DNA of 64,000 nucleotides, taken from the NCBI GenBank assembly GCA_047285535.1, contig JBJBDC010000001.1:608136-672135 (forward strand). The letters are read 5' to 3'. Shown here piece after piece: positions 8,713 to 19,131 of this stretch. How positions within the stretch are numbered: the first letter of the stretch is position 1; each line of letters opens with the position of its first letter. The position numbers were made by a program, and so were the translations under genes. Under the pieces are notes generated by a model, which searched no databases, had not been told where the DNA came from, and saw only the letters and a program-made list of their open reading frames with translations. Origin of the DNA: Synechococcus sp. GTDB lineage: Bacteria; Cyanobacteriota; Cyanobacteriia; PCC-6307; Cyanobiaceae.

Positions 8713-9932
8713 TCAGTTCAGTTGACCCAGTGCCTTCCGCATCGTGTCCATATCAACGGCTCCATAGACACAGGTCTGTGTCTTCGGGGTGTGACCAAAC
8801 AACCCGCCGATGACTGACTCATTGATGTCTTTTGATCTGAAACACGTGGCTGCCCAATCACGGGTCGCCTTTGGGTTAACCCCGATGTGCTTGGTCCAGT
8901 GCATGGCCTCACACGACCGACCACCACGCTTGGGGCTGTAGGCCCGGGAAAGATCAATCCCCCACATGGTTCGTCGAGCTTCTCTTGCCGAAGGATTGGA
9001 AGCAGGTGCGGGTGAATCGGGATGACCCTGTCTCGGAAGACGTTCTTCAGTGAGCCTGTCGTGTGGCGCTTGACGCGAATGGTCTCCTCTTGAAGATCAA
9101 TGTCTTCCCAGCGCAGACCCCCTACCTCTGAAGCATGAGCACCTGCAAAGCGCAGGATGTGCCAAAGCAGTTGCTGGTGTCGCGGCAACTGCTTCCACTT
9201 CTGGTCTGCCTCATCCAGCGTCACAACATCCTTCTTCGTTTCTTTGTGCTTGACCCTCTTGGTAAGTCCTTCGAAGACGTTGCTCTCAACCCAGCCCTCT
9301 TCCAGGGACACAGCAAACAGTCCATTGAGGAAATGCAGACTAGTCTTGACGGTTGAGGGTTGGCACCTGCTCAGCTCATTAGCCCTCCAAGCCAGTGGAT
9401 CGTCACCAATGGCCTGCTGGATGTACTCCCTGCCGCTGTGCTCCATGAGCTGGCCCAGGTAGCGGCTCCATTCGTACGCAGTGCCTGTTGAAGGGTCCTT
9501 TAGGAGGCGTTGACCTGGTCATCAGATGATCGGGGCTTGTGAGGGCCTTAGCGGCGCCTTTCAGGACACCTTGGGCAATGTCCTGCAGCTCCGCGTATTT
9601 GGGGTTGATCGTTCCCTCGTCATCCAGGTGCATGGGCTCTTTGCTGACTTGCTGGACGAGGTCATGTCCATCAAGATCTGTAGGTGCCTTAGCAACATCT
9701 GGGATGAGGGATATCAGCTTTGCGCAGGCCTTAATTGCTTTCCCCTTGCCTCACGTATCAGCTGCTCTGACTCCTCCAGAAATACAGCTGCATTCCTCTT
9801 GACCTCGGACAGGGAGTCGCCCGCTTTGCGTATCCATGGGGCCTTGCCGATGACATCACGGCAATCAGGCGGCACGCTTCATTGGAAGAACCATTCCTTG
9901 TGGCCCTTCCTGCTTTTCAGATAGTTAGCCAT
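8713..9932 (-). pseudogene. Tyrosine recombinase/integrase pseudogene with DUF6538-like N-terminus
   Basis: Starts MANYLKSRKGHKEWFFQ*SVPPDCRDVIG (TGA at 9879-9881); frame changes near 9720, 9500-9450 and 8960; core LRFAGAHASEVGGLRWEDIDL, LKNVFRDRVIPIHP; C-terminal KATRDWAAT, LFGH, VYG. Confidence 0.88.
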
Positions 9933-9947
9933 CTTCTGGTCACCGAT

Positions 9948-9969
9948 CTAGGCCCAGGCTCTAGGTCCA
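9948..9969 (+). repeat. Right-end tandem 9-mer CTAGGCCCA-ggct-CTAGGTCCA (putative arm-type sites)
   Basis: Just upstream of the integrase ATG (9932); direct copy of 6648-6669. Confidence 0.65.
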
Positions 9970-10067
9970 GGCGTCCCTGAAATCAGTTGCTGACAGTGCT
10001 CTTCTGGCTTCTTAGCTACAGACTTTATTGAATTGCAGCATGACAAGTCCGATCCCTCTCTGATCCT

Positions 10068-10298
10068 ATGGACCAAAGTTCCTTCGATCCGAGTCTGCCA
10101 AGTATTCGCTTGTTGCAGATGTGGATTCGTGAACACAGAATTCTCAGCTTGGAATTGCTTGATGGTCGGCGCCTGATTGGTGTTCTGATCTGGCAAGACC
10201 ATCAATGTCTGGCGCTTCAACCAACTGATGCTGACGACCTGGTTTTGGTCAGCCGTGCAGCCATGCTTTTGGTGCGTCCGTTGCCTGCTGGGCTTTGA
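10068..10298 (+). CDS. hfq: Cyanobacterial Hfq-like (Sm-fold) protein
   Basis: FDPSLPSIRLLQ...GVLIWQD...LVSRAAMLLVRP, the cyanobacterial Hfq pattern. Confidence 0.88.
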   Translation: MDQSSFDPSLPSIRLLQMWIREHRILSLELLDGRRLIGVLIWQDHQCLALQPTDADDLVLVSRAAMLLVRPLPAGL

Positions 10299-10340
10299 AA
10301 ACGGAATTTATGTCACGATCTGTCCAAATGTTCCCTTGCC

Positions 10341-12944
10341 GTGACGGCTTCCTCGTTCCCATCCGCCAGCACAGCTGCGGCGCCTTGTGATCGTTACCAA
10401 CCCCTTGAAATCGAGGATCGATGGCAAGCGCTGTGGAAGGAACAGCGTCTTTATGAAACGCAGGATCCCAAGCCTGGGCAACGTCCGTTTTATGCCTTGT
10501 CCATGTTCCCGTACCCATCGGGCACGTTGCATATGGGACACGTTCGCAATTACGTCATCACAGATGTAATTGCCCGCGTTCAACGCATGCGTGGTGATGC
10601 CGTTCTTCATCCCATGGGATGGGATTCCTTTGGTTTACCAGCCGAAAATGCTGCCATTGAACGGAAGGTAGAGCCCGGCCTATGGACCGATAGGAATATC
10701 ACCCAGATGCGAGGTCAACTGGGTCGACTCGGGTTGTCGATCGACTGGAATCGAGAGTTGGCTACCTGTCATAGCGATTACTACCGCTGGACCCAATGGC
10801 TCTTCCTGGAACTTCATGCTGGCGGACTTGCTTATCAAAAAGAGGCAACCGTGAACTGGGACCCTGTTGACCAGACGGTTCTTGCCAACGAACAAGTGGA
10901 TGCCGATGGTCGCTCCTGGCGCTCTGGTGCGATCGTTGAACAGCGGGACTTGCGCCAATGGTTTCTGCGCATCACTGACTATGCCGATGCGCTGCTTGAT
11001 GATCTTGATCACCTGCAGGGATGGCCTGATCGGGTGCGCACCATGCAGGCCAATTGGATTGGTCGTTCCACTGGTGCTGAGATTGATTTCCAAGTTGATC
11101 AACATCCAGATCTTTCAATCACTGTGTTCACAACACGTCCAGATACTTTGTATGGAGTGAGCTATCTCGTTTTGGCTCCTGACCATCCGCTTGTATCTCA
11201 ACTTACAACTGAAAATGAATACGTTTCGGTAACTGCGTTCAGAGATTTGATGGCCCAACTTAGTCATGAAGAGCGCACGACTGATGATCAACCCAAACGT
11301 GGTGTGCCAACAGGATCAAGTGCCATTAATCCAGCCAATGGTGAATCAATTCCCATTTGGATCGCAGATTACGTCCTGTCTGATTTTGGAACGGGTGCCG
11401 TGATGGGTGTACCAGCCCATGACACTCGAGATTTCGCCTTCGCTCGGCAACATGAATTGCCCGTGCGCAAGGTCATTCAAGTGCCCGAAGCCGATGAGCA
11501 CGCCAATGATGGTGAAGCCTGGATAGGACCAGGCACCTTGATTCAATCAGCTGGCTTTAACGGCTTGACCAATGAAGAGGCTAAGATATCTATTGTGAAT
11601 CATGGGGCCGAAAATGGTTGGGCTCGAACTAAACGCCAATACAGACTTCGCGATTGGTTGATTTCCAGACAGAGATATTGGGGATGCCCAATTCCGATCA
11701 TTCATTGTGATTCTTGTGGTGCAGTTCCTGTCCCAAAAGAGCAACTACCAGTCAAACTTCCTACCGGGATTGATCTCAACGGTGCAGGCGGTTCCCCACT
11801 TTCTCTAGCTGAGGAATGGGTCAATGTGAGTTGTCCCAAATGTGGAAAAAATGCTCGTCGTGAGACAGACACCATGGACACGTTCATGTGTTCATCTTGG
11901 TACTTCTTGCGATTTGCAGATCCTCACAACAAGGAACTGCCATTTGACTCCAAAACAGTCAGAGATTGGTTACCAGTTAACCAATATGTTGGCGGAATCG
12001 AACATGCAATACTTCATTTACTGTATGCACGTTTCTTCACCAAGGCGCTCAAAGATCGCGATCTTCTAGATGTGAATGAACCTTTTGAACGCTTGCTGAC
12101 ACAAGGCATGGTGCAGGGCATTACTTACAAGAACCCTCGAACTGGTCGTTATGTCTCCACTCCCACGCTGATCGATGAAGCAGATCCGCGAGACCCGGAT
12201 GACGGAGGCCCCTTGGATGTGCTCTTTGAAAAAATGTCGAAGTCGAAGCATAACGGTGTTGATCCAGCATCTGTTATTGATCGTTATGGCGCTGATACAG
12301 CTCGTATGTTCATCCTTTTCAAAGCTCCTCCAGAAAAGGATTTGGAATGGGATGATGCCGATGTAGAGGGGCAATTTCGATTTTTGCAGCGTCTCTGGAG
12401 ACTTGTCGCCTCGGAGATCAATCAAGAAGACACGATCAATCCAACAAAAGAAGCAGACACAGAGATCAGGAGAGCAGTGCATCAAGCCATTCAGGCTGTT
12501 AGCGAGGATCTCAGTGGCGAATTTCAGTTCAACACAGCCATTGCTGAGCTGATGAAGCTCAGTAATGCCCTCTCTTCAGGCCTTCAACAGGCCTCAGATG
12601 GAGTTCGCAAAGAGGCAATGTCGGTACTCATCCGCTTGTTGGCTCCATTTGCACCACATCTCGCTGAGGAGTTTTGGCGACTCCTTGGCAGTGAAGAGAG
12701 CGTTCATCTTCAGCCCTGGCCGGAGCTCGATCCAAAAGCGCTCGTCAAGGAGTCGATTGATGTTGTGATTCAAGTCAAGGGAAAAGTTCGCGGATCGATT
12801 TCGGTAGCAGTCGATTGCTCGAGGGAAGAATTGGAGCGCTTGGCTCTTGCCAGCGATGTTGCTCAGCGTTGGTTAGGTGGGACCCCCCCAAAAAGAGTGA
12901 TTGTTGTTCCTGGGAAGCTCGTCAACTTGGTGCCGAGCACCTAA
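10341..12944 (+). CDS. leuS: Leucine--tRNA ligase
   Basis: [13 protein letters not shown] (HIGH), KMSKS and CP1 editing domain. Confidence 0.98.
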   Translation: MTASSFPSASTAAAPCDRYQPLEIEDRWQALWKEQRLYETQDPKPGQRPFYALSMFPYPSGTLHMGHVRNYVITDVIARVQRMRGDAVLHPMGWDSFGLPAENAAIERKVEPGLWTDRNITQMRGQLGRLGLSIDWNRELATCHSDYYRWTQWLFLELHAGGLAYQKEATVNWDPVDQTVLANEQVDADGRSWRSGAIVEQRDLRQWFLRITDYADALLDDLDHLQGWPDRVRTMQANWIGRSTGAEIDFQVDQHPDLSITVFTTRPDTLYGVSYLVLAPDHPLVSQLTTENEYVSVTAFRDLMAQLSHEERTTDDQPKRGVPTGSSAINPANGESIPIWIADYVLSDFGTGAVMGVPAHDTRDFAFARQHELPVRKVIQVPEADEHANDGEAWIGPGTLIQSAGFNGLTNEEAKISIVNHGAENGWARTKRQYRLRDWLISRQRYWGCPIPIIHCDSCGAVPVPKEQLPVKLPTGIDLNGAGGSPLSLAEEWVNVSCPKCGKNARRETDTMDTFMCSSWYFLRFADPHNKELPFDSKTVRDWLPVNQYVGGIEHAILHLLYARFFTKALKDRDLLDVNEPFERLLTQGMVQGITYKNPRTGRYVSTPTLIDEADPRDPDDGGPLDVLFEKMSKSKHNGVDPASVIDRYGADTARMFILFKAPPEKDLEWDDADVEGQFRFLQRLWRLVASEINQEDTINPTKEADTEIRRAVHQAIQAVSEDLSGEFQFNTAIAELMKLSNALSSGLQQASDGVRKEAMSVLIRLLAPFAPHLAEEFWRLLGSEESVHLQPWPELDPKALVKESIDVVIQVKGKVRGSISVAVDCSREELERLALASDVAQRWLGGTPPKRVIVVPGKLVNLVPST

Positions 12945-12948
12945 AAGT

Positions 12949-14547
12949 TCAGCTTTTGCTGAAGCGCAAGGATGCTGGTCTGTCCCAGCTTCCCTGTGCC
13001 AGATATCCACGATTGTTGGCTGTGAGGTGTCTAAGGATCCAAAAAATTGCCTCATTGGTCCCTGATCCAATCGCCTGCTGGATTTCCGCAGCCGATCTTG
13101 ATCCACCATCGGATAGAACCTCTTCCACCTGCCCTTGCAAGTTAATGACCGCTGCTGCCGCTTTTTTCCCTGCTTCGACACCCGGCTGATGATAGGCATT
13201 CACATTGACCAGTTCCCCGTAAAAACCAACTGCCCGCTCAAATAATGCAATCAATGCACCTAAACGACGGGCATCAAAGTTTCGCATACTGATACTTAAA
13301 CTTTGTCGTCCACCTTCAGTCAGAGCTGAACGAGTTCCTTGAAGAAAACCATCGAGGAAATCTCCAGGCCGCTCTCCATTGATTGGTGGGATCTCTTCTA
13401 CATCACGCAGCACTTCAATGAAAGTGACGAAAAAGTTATCGATTCCATCACGGAGTTGTTGCACATAGGCGTGTTGGTCAGTTGAGCCCTTATTTCCATA
13501 CACAGCAATACCCTGGTGGACTTCATCGCCATTACGGTCGAGGCGCTTGCCAAGCGATTCCATCACTAATTGCTGTAAGTAACGGCTAAAGACTTCGAGT
13601 CGATCTCGATAAGGAAGGACCACCATATCCCGCTTCCCTTTGCCTTCACCAGCGACATACCAAGACGCAGCCATGAGTGCTGAGGGATTTTTCCGCACAT
13701 CAGAGGCGCGGGTTGCTTCATCCATTTGCGCTGCTCCTGCAAGAAAACCACGAATGTCGCAACCGATCAATGCACCGGGCAGAAGGCCTACGGCACTCGT
13801 GATGCTTGTTCGACCGCCAATCCAGTCGAACATGTCAAACCGTTTAAGCCAATTCTCCTTTTGAGCCTGCTGATCGAGCTTGCTTCCGGCCATCGTGACA
13901 ACCACAGATTGCTCAGGCCAGATACCACCGGTTGATTCGAGTCGGTGTCTGGCTTGTTCCATCCCGAGGTGGGGTTCTGGTGTTCCACCAGACTTACTGA
14001 CAGTGATGACCAGAGTGGTGAGTAGTCGGTCTCCAAGACCTGAAAGCACCCGGTTCATGCCATTTGGATCGACATTGTCGAAAAAATGAAATGGCAGACC
14101 AACGTCTTGCTCCTGCAACGCTCGGATCATGAGCAGGGGGCCAAGCGCACTGCCACCAATTCCAATCCACAAAACGTCAGTAAAACTCTCTCCATTCGGC
14201 GCCTTAATCGATCCATCAAGAATGGCCTTGCCAAACTCATCGATGGCGTCGATTTCCTCAGAAATGCTCAAACCAACCTTGTGATCGGGAGCAAGTGGCG
14301 GATGACGTAACCAATAGTGCCCAACTTGTCGTTCTTCATCGGGGTTTGCGATGGCGCCTCCCTCAAGAGCCTCCATCGCTTTGAAGGCCTGCTCCAGTCG
14401 AGGAGTGAGTGTCTCGAGATCAGAGCTATTGAGGTGCATCCGACTGACATCAAGCCATATGCCGAGATCATCGTGATACCAAAGCAAATCGCAGAAGCGT
14501 TGCCATTGGGTCTGGCTATCGATGGCGCTGAAATCCGGGAAGCTCAT
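12949..14547 (-). CDS. pgi: Glucose-6-phosphate isomerase
   Basis: IGIGGSALG, SKSGGTPE, GGRTS, QLVMESLGK, QPGVEAGK. Confidence 0.97.
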   Translation of the reverse strand: MSFPDFSAIDSQTQWQRFCDLLWYHDDLGIWLDVSRMHLNSSDLETLTPRLEQAFKAMEALEGGAIANPDEERQVGHYWLRHPPLAPDHKVGLSISEEIDAIDEFGKAILDGSIKAPNGESFTDVLWIGIGGSALGPLLMIRALQEQDVGLPFHFFDNVDPNGMNRVLSGLGDRLLTTLVITVSKSGGTPEPHLGMEQARHRLESTGGIWPEQSVVVTMAGSKLDQQAQKENWLKRFDMFDWIGGRTSITSAVGLLPGALIGCDIRGFLAGAAQMDEATRASDVRKNPSALMAASWYVAGEGKGKRDMVVLPYRDRLEVFSRYLQQLVMESLGKRLDRNGDEVHQGIAVYGNKGSTDQHAYVQQLRDGIDNFFVTFIEVLRDVEEIPPINGERPGDFLDGFLQGTRSALTEGGRQSLSISMRNFDARRLGALIALFERAVGFYGELVNVNAYHQPGVEAGKKAAAAVINLQGQVEEVLSDGGSRSAAEIQQAIGSGTNEAIFWILRHLTANNRGYLAQGSWDRPASLRFSKS

Positions 14548-14651
14548 CTCTTGCGAGAATTTTCATCTCTGAACTTATCCGTGATTCTCCGAGTTGCCCA
14601 TGAATTGGAATATCGCGGTTATTCTCTCCGCAACATCGTGAACTGTGTTGA

Positions 14652-15428
14652 GTGAGTCTTTTTGGACGTCAGTTAATGGTCATGGCAGGAGCTCTGGGCT
14701 TCCTTTGTTTGTCCGTGTCCTACTTACGCAGCACTGCACAACTGCCATCGATCGATGCTGAGATCCAGACGCAACCCTTTCAGGGAGATCCAAGCGTCTT
14801 CAGCCCAGAGGAGCTTCATCTCCTTCAGCGTCGGTTTGGGGTCCATGGTCCTCAGACTCAACTTGCTCAATTATTTACCCGTGGTGTTGATCAGTTCCAA
14901 CCCCTACGAACGAAAACAGTCAACCGACTCCAAGCTCTTAAGCCGGTCATCAAGCGAGAAGCTCGCCGCCATCATGTCAATCCGATGTTGATCACAGCCA
15001 TTTTGTTCGATGAAATACAGCATTCCAAACCAGGCGAAGACCTGCCTTTTGTTGTGCACTCGGGCTTAGTGTCAACGCATGGTCCAGCTCAACTCGGGAT
15101 AAGTGAGTTGATTCATCAAGGAAGGCTGCCTCAAAAGCCATCAAGGATTGAAATTGCACAAGCTAGAAATTTATTAATGAATTCTGAAGCCAATGTTGAA
15201 TTGCTTGCGGCTAAATTAGCCCGCTTAAAAAGAGAACTTGGACTTCCCTCTGATCAAATTCTTATAGCCAGTCGATCCTATATTGATGCGAAGGCAATAT
15301 CGACACTGGCCTATCTTCACAACGGCAAACTTGATTATCCCAGGCGTGTGCACCGTTACATGCAAGATACTGAGTTGCATGGTTTGATCTATTCAGAACG
15401 ACGCACAGTGATGCAGCCACTGGTTTAG
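14652..15428 (+). CDS. Conserved membrane-anchored protein, probable lysozyme/SLT-like fold
   Basis: N-terminal hydrophobic anchor; ARRHHVNPMLITAILFDE, GPAQL, ANVELLAAKL and YLHNG resemble lytic transglycosylase motifs. Confidence 0.6.
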   Translation: MSLFGRQLMVMAGALGFLCLSVSYLRSTAQLPSIDAEIQTQPFQGDPSVFSPEELHLLQRRFGVHGPQTQLAQLFTRGVDQFQPLRTKTVNRLQALKPVIKREARRHHVNPMLITAILFDEIQHSKPGEDLPFVVHSGLVSTHGPAQLGISELIHQGRLPQKPSRIEIAQARNLLMNSEANVELLAAKLARLKRELGLPSDQILIASRSYIDAKAISTLAYLHNGKLDYPRRVHRYMQDTELHGLIYSERRTVMQPLV

Positions 15429-15447
15429 CAGATCTGGATCCTATGCA

Positions 15448-16371
15448 TTAAGAGCAAAGGGTCCCCAGTGCCGCAAGACGAACTTGTAACTGATGCCAAG
15501 CAAAACTTCTTGGATCAGCACGTTCTCCTCCAAGATCAACATGACGATGGGTCGTAATTGCTGCTGGATCAAAACCAAAGCGATCAATCCAGTTATTTAA
15601 AACAAGGGCTAATGAGTCATACTGGGCTTTTGTATATCCACTGTGAGTCGATTGATTATTAGCCCCATCTCGAGGCGTTTCTAAGCTTAAGTGAAGCGCA
15701 AAGTTATTGACTGACCCCTTGATTTTGGGATTTGTCACAGCCCACTCCCCGAGGAAAGCAGAATAGCCAGCCCCATAAGCACGCATCAGAGGATCGACAA
15801 GATCAACAATTTTTCCATCGAGGCCAATCAAGGTGTGATAACTCACTTGGTCTTCATCTCGGGGGTGGGGAGTCATAAAGGTGTTCACCGCCGATTGAAG
15901 TGAATAGACCGTTTCATGCAGAACCACGACTCTTGGATCGGGATTCAGGGATCCTCCCCAAGGATTCGTGCGATAACGCTTTCCGAAATTTGAAGGATCT
16001 GTTGCTACCGATATTCTCCTGTCTTCAAGCGAGCGTTGTTGTGCTTGAAGACGATTTTTGACTTTGGAATCAATGCCAGAACATTGTCTGGCCAGAGGGG
16101 AAGACCACGAGATTGACCTGGGGGGTTTCGGAGGATTGCTTGGATCAACGCTTTGACGCTCTTGAGTTGCGTCATGGCCGACCTCATCAAGCAGATCGAG
16201 GAGAGACGGAGTACTTCTAGCCTTTAATGAACCACTTTGATCATTGCCAAGCCAAGCCAGAACACCAATACCTAACGCAAGACAGCTACTGCCAAGGAGC
16301 AAGGCATTTCCCGGACGCTTGAAGCGATTCCTGAGCTGCTTCCATGTATGAGTCACACGATCGCAAACCAT
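15448..16371 (-). CDS. N-acetylmuramoyl-L-alanine amidase (Amidase_2 family)
   Basis: VVLHET, VSYHTLIG, AYGAG, TTHRHVD...DP; N-terminal TM segment; start uncertain. Confidence 0.88.
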   Translation of the reverse strand: MVCDRVTHTWKQLRNRFKRPGNALLLGSSCLALGIGVLAWLGNDQSGSLKARSTPSLLDLLDEVGHDATQERQSVDPSNPPKPPRSISWSSPLARQCSGIDSKVKNRLQAQQRSLEDRRISVATDPSNFGKRYRTNPWGGSLNPDPRVVVLHETVYSLQSAVNTFMTPHPRDEDQVSYHTLIGLDGKIVDLVDPLMRAYGAGYSAFLGEWAVTNPKIKGSVNNFALHLSLETPRDGANNQSTHSGYTKAQYDSLALVLNNWIDRFGFDPAAITTHRHVDLGGERADPRSFAWHQLQVRLAALGTLCS

Positions 16372-18050
16372 CGATCACGTAGGTCTTTTTGAAAAGATGT
16401 AGCCCTAGCGTCCCAGGCGATGTCCCAACGTTCCACAACTGGATCGTTTTTCTTCAGGATTGTGGAACCAAGCCGTCCGCGACGTGCATATAGAACTGGC
16501 ATTTCTTCAGGACCTTGCAACAGCGATTGCCAATGTTCGAGCCCCCTAAGCTTCCAATGATGAGCTCCGATCACTTCATCCCCTGGAACAAGTCCAGCCT
16601 GTTCAGCAGGACCTAAAGGATTCACTTGCTTGATTACAATTTTGCCATTTTGCTCAGCAAGTTGCATTCCTGCATCAGCCAATTGCGACTGAACAGCAAT
16701 TGTTTGAAGGCCAATCGCGCCTAAACAGTCTTGAATCGGAAGAGCGACTCTATTTTCAAGCCATGAAGGAAGATTCCCAGCTACAATTTCGCTATGACGA
16801 CTGATAACATCAACTATATCTGATGATTCATAGCCCTTCCTAGGAATCCCAAAGTGTTCCCAAAGATCTCTTAAAACATTTGAGAGTGAGGAACCTGCTT
16901 GCCTTAATTGTACATCTAGGCAAAAGGCTAATACAGTACCGAGTCGATAATAGCTGATCTGGGAACTAGAGTTTGCAGGTGTTTGCTTGTACAGTCTTAA
17001 CCATGCTTCACGAGAGCTGTCGGCCAAGGATTGAATCTCTCGTCCTGGATTGAGAAGTACATGAGAAACATCCTTCCCTAAGTCCTCAAGGAAAGTTTGT
17101 CGATCCGACTGACCTGCCAAAAGAGTCAAGGCTAAATCAAAATAACTAGTGATTCCTTCGGCAAACCAAAGTCCATCACTAATTTGGGCTTGATCGTATC
17201 GATATGGAATATAGGCACTAGGCCGGAGCCTGCGCACATTCCATTGATGAAAATATTCATGACCAATCAGTTGCAAAAGCTGTCTATATCCATCCTTTTT
17301 TGTTAATTTCTCCCAAGGAAATTGTAAAACTGCTGAGTTATCATGTTCTAGGCCGCCATATCCTTGATCTAATAGTTGAATTACCAATTGATAGCAATCA
17401 CCAGCAGGTGGTGGGGTCTTCATCAACCGACAGGCGGCTTGACAAACGTCTTGTATATCTGATTCCAGGGTCAGCGGCCAACCCATGGGAGGCTCACCAA
17501 TAAGGAGTACTTCATGTTGATAGCCACAAACAGAGAAGGGTCGAGCCTGGAACGGACCAGCATGAACAGGTGAATCAACAAGATGGTCGAAATCTTTTGC
17601 CTCGTATACCTCGTTCTTGCAAGGAAGAGGCAAATGCACTAACCAATCAGAAGGCAAAGACAACTGCAGATAATGGGGATTCCATCGTTCTCCTTCGATC
17701 AGCATGACAACAGCAGGAAGACATAGTGATGCAAAGTCTGGATCGAGATAATTGGTGCGGACCGTTAAAAGTCTCGCTTCCAATATGTAACTCAAGCGAA
17801 TGGAGTCCAAGCTAGGCAACTCCACATCCCAACGCGATGGTTCAACTCGTCTTGGCCGAACAACTCGTCCTGCTTGCTGAAGTTCTAGGCTATGAAGATG
17901 CTGTGCGTGGTCACGAACGGTGTATGAGCCAGGTGTCCAAACGGGCAAAATCCAGCTTTGGTGATGAACACGAGGTATCCACTCCAGTTGCACCTTGAGT
18001 TCCTGGCGTTCTGGTTGGCAAAGATCAATTGATATTTTGACGCCGCTCAT
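16353..18050 (-). CDS. M61-family metalloaminopeptidase with PDZ domain
   Basis: PVWTPGSY, GGLEH, HEYFHQWN, LWFAEGITSY; C-terminal PDZ (GPAEQAGL). Confidence 0.92.
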   Translation of the reverse strand: MSGVKISIDLCQPERQELKVQLEWIPRVHHQSWILPVWTPGSYTVRDHAQHLHSLELQQAGRVVRPRRVEPSRWDVELPSLDSIRLSYILEARLLTVRTNYLDPDFASLCLPAVVMLIEGERWNPHYLQLSLPSDWLVHLPLPCKNEVYEAKDFDHLVDSPVHAGPFQARPFSVCGYQHEVLLIGEPPMGWPLTLESDIQDVCQAACRLMKTPPPAGDCYQLVIQLLDQGYGGLEHDNSAVLQFPWEKLTKKDGYRQLLQLIGHEYFHQWNVRRLRPSAYIPYRYDQAQISDGLWFAEGITSYFDLALTLLAGQSDRQTFLEDLGKDVSHVLLNPGREIQSLADSSREAWLRLYKQTPANSSSQISYYRLGTVLAFCLDVQLRQAGSSLSNVLRDLWEHFGIPRKGYESSDIVDVISRHSEIVAGNLPSWLENRVALPIQDCLGAIGLQTIAVQSQLADAGMQLAEQNGKIVIKQVNPLGPAEQAGLVPGDEVIGAHHWKLRGLEHWQSLLQGPEEMPVLYARRGRLGSTILKKNDPVVERWDIAWDARATSFQKDLRDRWFAIV

Positions 18051-18421
18051 TCGCAAATGGCTGGATCGATCTGCTGTTGATCAACCGTCCTCAATACAGG
18101 GTTGAATGTCAGCCCATCTGCAGAACGTAGTGCTGACCTCAGGGCATAAGCCCGCAGAATTTTTTGCAATTGAACTTGATGACGCGCTGAATTTCTGCTC
18201 TGAGCGAGATCCACCATCAAAGCCAACGATCCATGGCTATCCCATCTCCAGCCCATCTGCAATCCACGCGAATCCGTTGCCACCAGTTCTGCTGGATAGA
18301 CCTCTTGGCTAAAGGCTTTGATCAGCCCAGGACGTTGCACCAAGTACTGCTGGGACAACAGAGTTTCCTCAAGAAGCTCAAGGTCTGTAATGACGGTTGG
18401 CAGGATGGTCAGGTGGGACAT
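18047..18421 (-). CDS. DUF1257 / Ycf35-like protein
   Basis: MSHLTILPTVITD... start typical of the family; ATGA overlap with the M61 peptidase gene. Confidence 0.78.
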   Translation of the reverse strand: MSHLTILPTVITDLELLEETLLSQQYLVQRPGLIKAFSQEVYPAELVATDSRGLQMGWRWDSHGSLALMVDLAQSRNSARHQVQLQKILRAYALRSALRSADGLTFNPVLRTVDQQQIDPAICE

Positions 18422-18430
18422 GATCATTTG

Positions 18431-19126
18431 ATGCCCGAGCCTTTGAACCATAGCCATTTTGTTCAGGATTCACTCAAGACCACTGCAGACCTGATCGCCC
18501 CTTCCATACAGGAATGGCCTCAATTTCATCCAGAGCTCCGATTAGGAGTAATGGCATCAGGTAGCGGTAGTAATTTCGAGGCTATTCATGATGCCATTTC
18601 AGCGAAAATGCTTAAGGCCGAGATCCGTCAGCTTGTTGTTAATAATCAAGGTTGTGGAGCTGAAAAAAGAGCCGAGCGTTTGAAGATCCCATGCAACTTA
18701 ATTGATCATCGTAAGTTTGAAAATAGAGAGAAACTCGATCAAGAACTAGTCAAGACATTTTTGCAGGCTGATGTGGAGTTGGTTGTTATGGCAGGCTGGA
18801 TGAGGATTGTCACGCCAGTTCTGATCGAAGCCTTTCCCAACAGGTTGCTCAACATTCATCCATCACTTCTTCCTAGCTTCAAGGGGCTGGATGCCATTGG
18901 TCAAGCTCTTCAAGCGTCTGTACGTGTCAGTGGCTGCACGGCGCACTTAGTGGAAGTTGATGTGGATGAGGGGCCGATTCTTGTTCAAGCAGCCGTTCCA
19001 GTTCGTGCCAATGACACACCGTCCTCTTTGGCTCAACGAATTCATTCCCAGGAGCACCGCATTTTGCCATGGGCCATTGCTATTGCCGGAGCGAAATGGC
19101 GGGGAATCAAGATGGACTTGGGCTGA
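18431..19126 (+). CDS. purN: Phosphoribosylglycinamide formyltransferase
   Basis: GVMASGSGSNF, MAGWMRI, NIHPSLLPSFKG, VDEGPI; start taken at ATG 18431. Confidence 0.96.
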   Translation: MPEPLNHSHFVQDSLKTTADLIAPSIQEWPQFHPELRLGVMASGSGSNFEAIHDAISAKMLKAEIRQLVVNNQGCGAEKRAERLKIPCNLIDHRKFENREKLDQELVKTFLQADVELVVMAGWMRIVTPVLIEAFPNRLLNIHPSLLPSFKGLDAIGQALQASVRVSGCTAHLVEVDVDEGPILVQAAVPVRANDTPSSLAQRIHSQEHRILPWAIAIAGAKWRGIKMDLG

Positions 19127-19131
19127 TGACG

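Larger units (their letters stand above)
6594..10032. mobile_element. Decayed integrative element inserted in the 5' end of dapF
   Basis: Integrase pseudogene at one end; paired CTAGG(C/T)CCA repeats near both ends; dapF-like start codons at both junctions sharing TGAA (6594-6597 and 10029-10032); orphan cargo between core genes dapF and hfq. Confidence 0.8.

Noticed and set aside
18233..18430. Long N-terminal extension of purN in the ORF track
   Set aside because: Overlaps the opposite-strand DUF1257 gene; ATG 18431 is more plausible. The same applies to the extended argC, ribBA, clpP and clpS starts.
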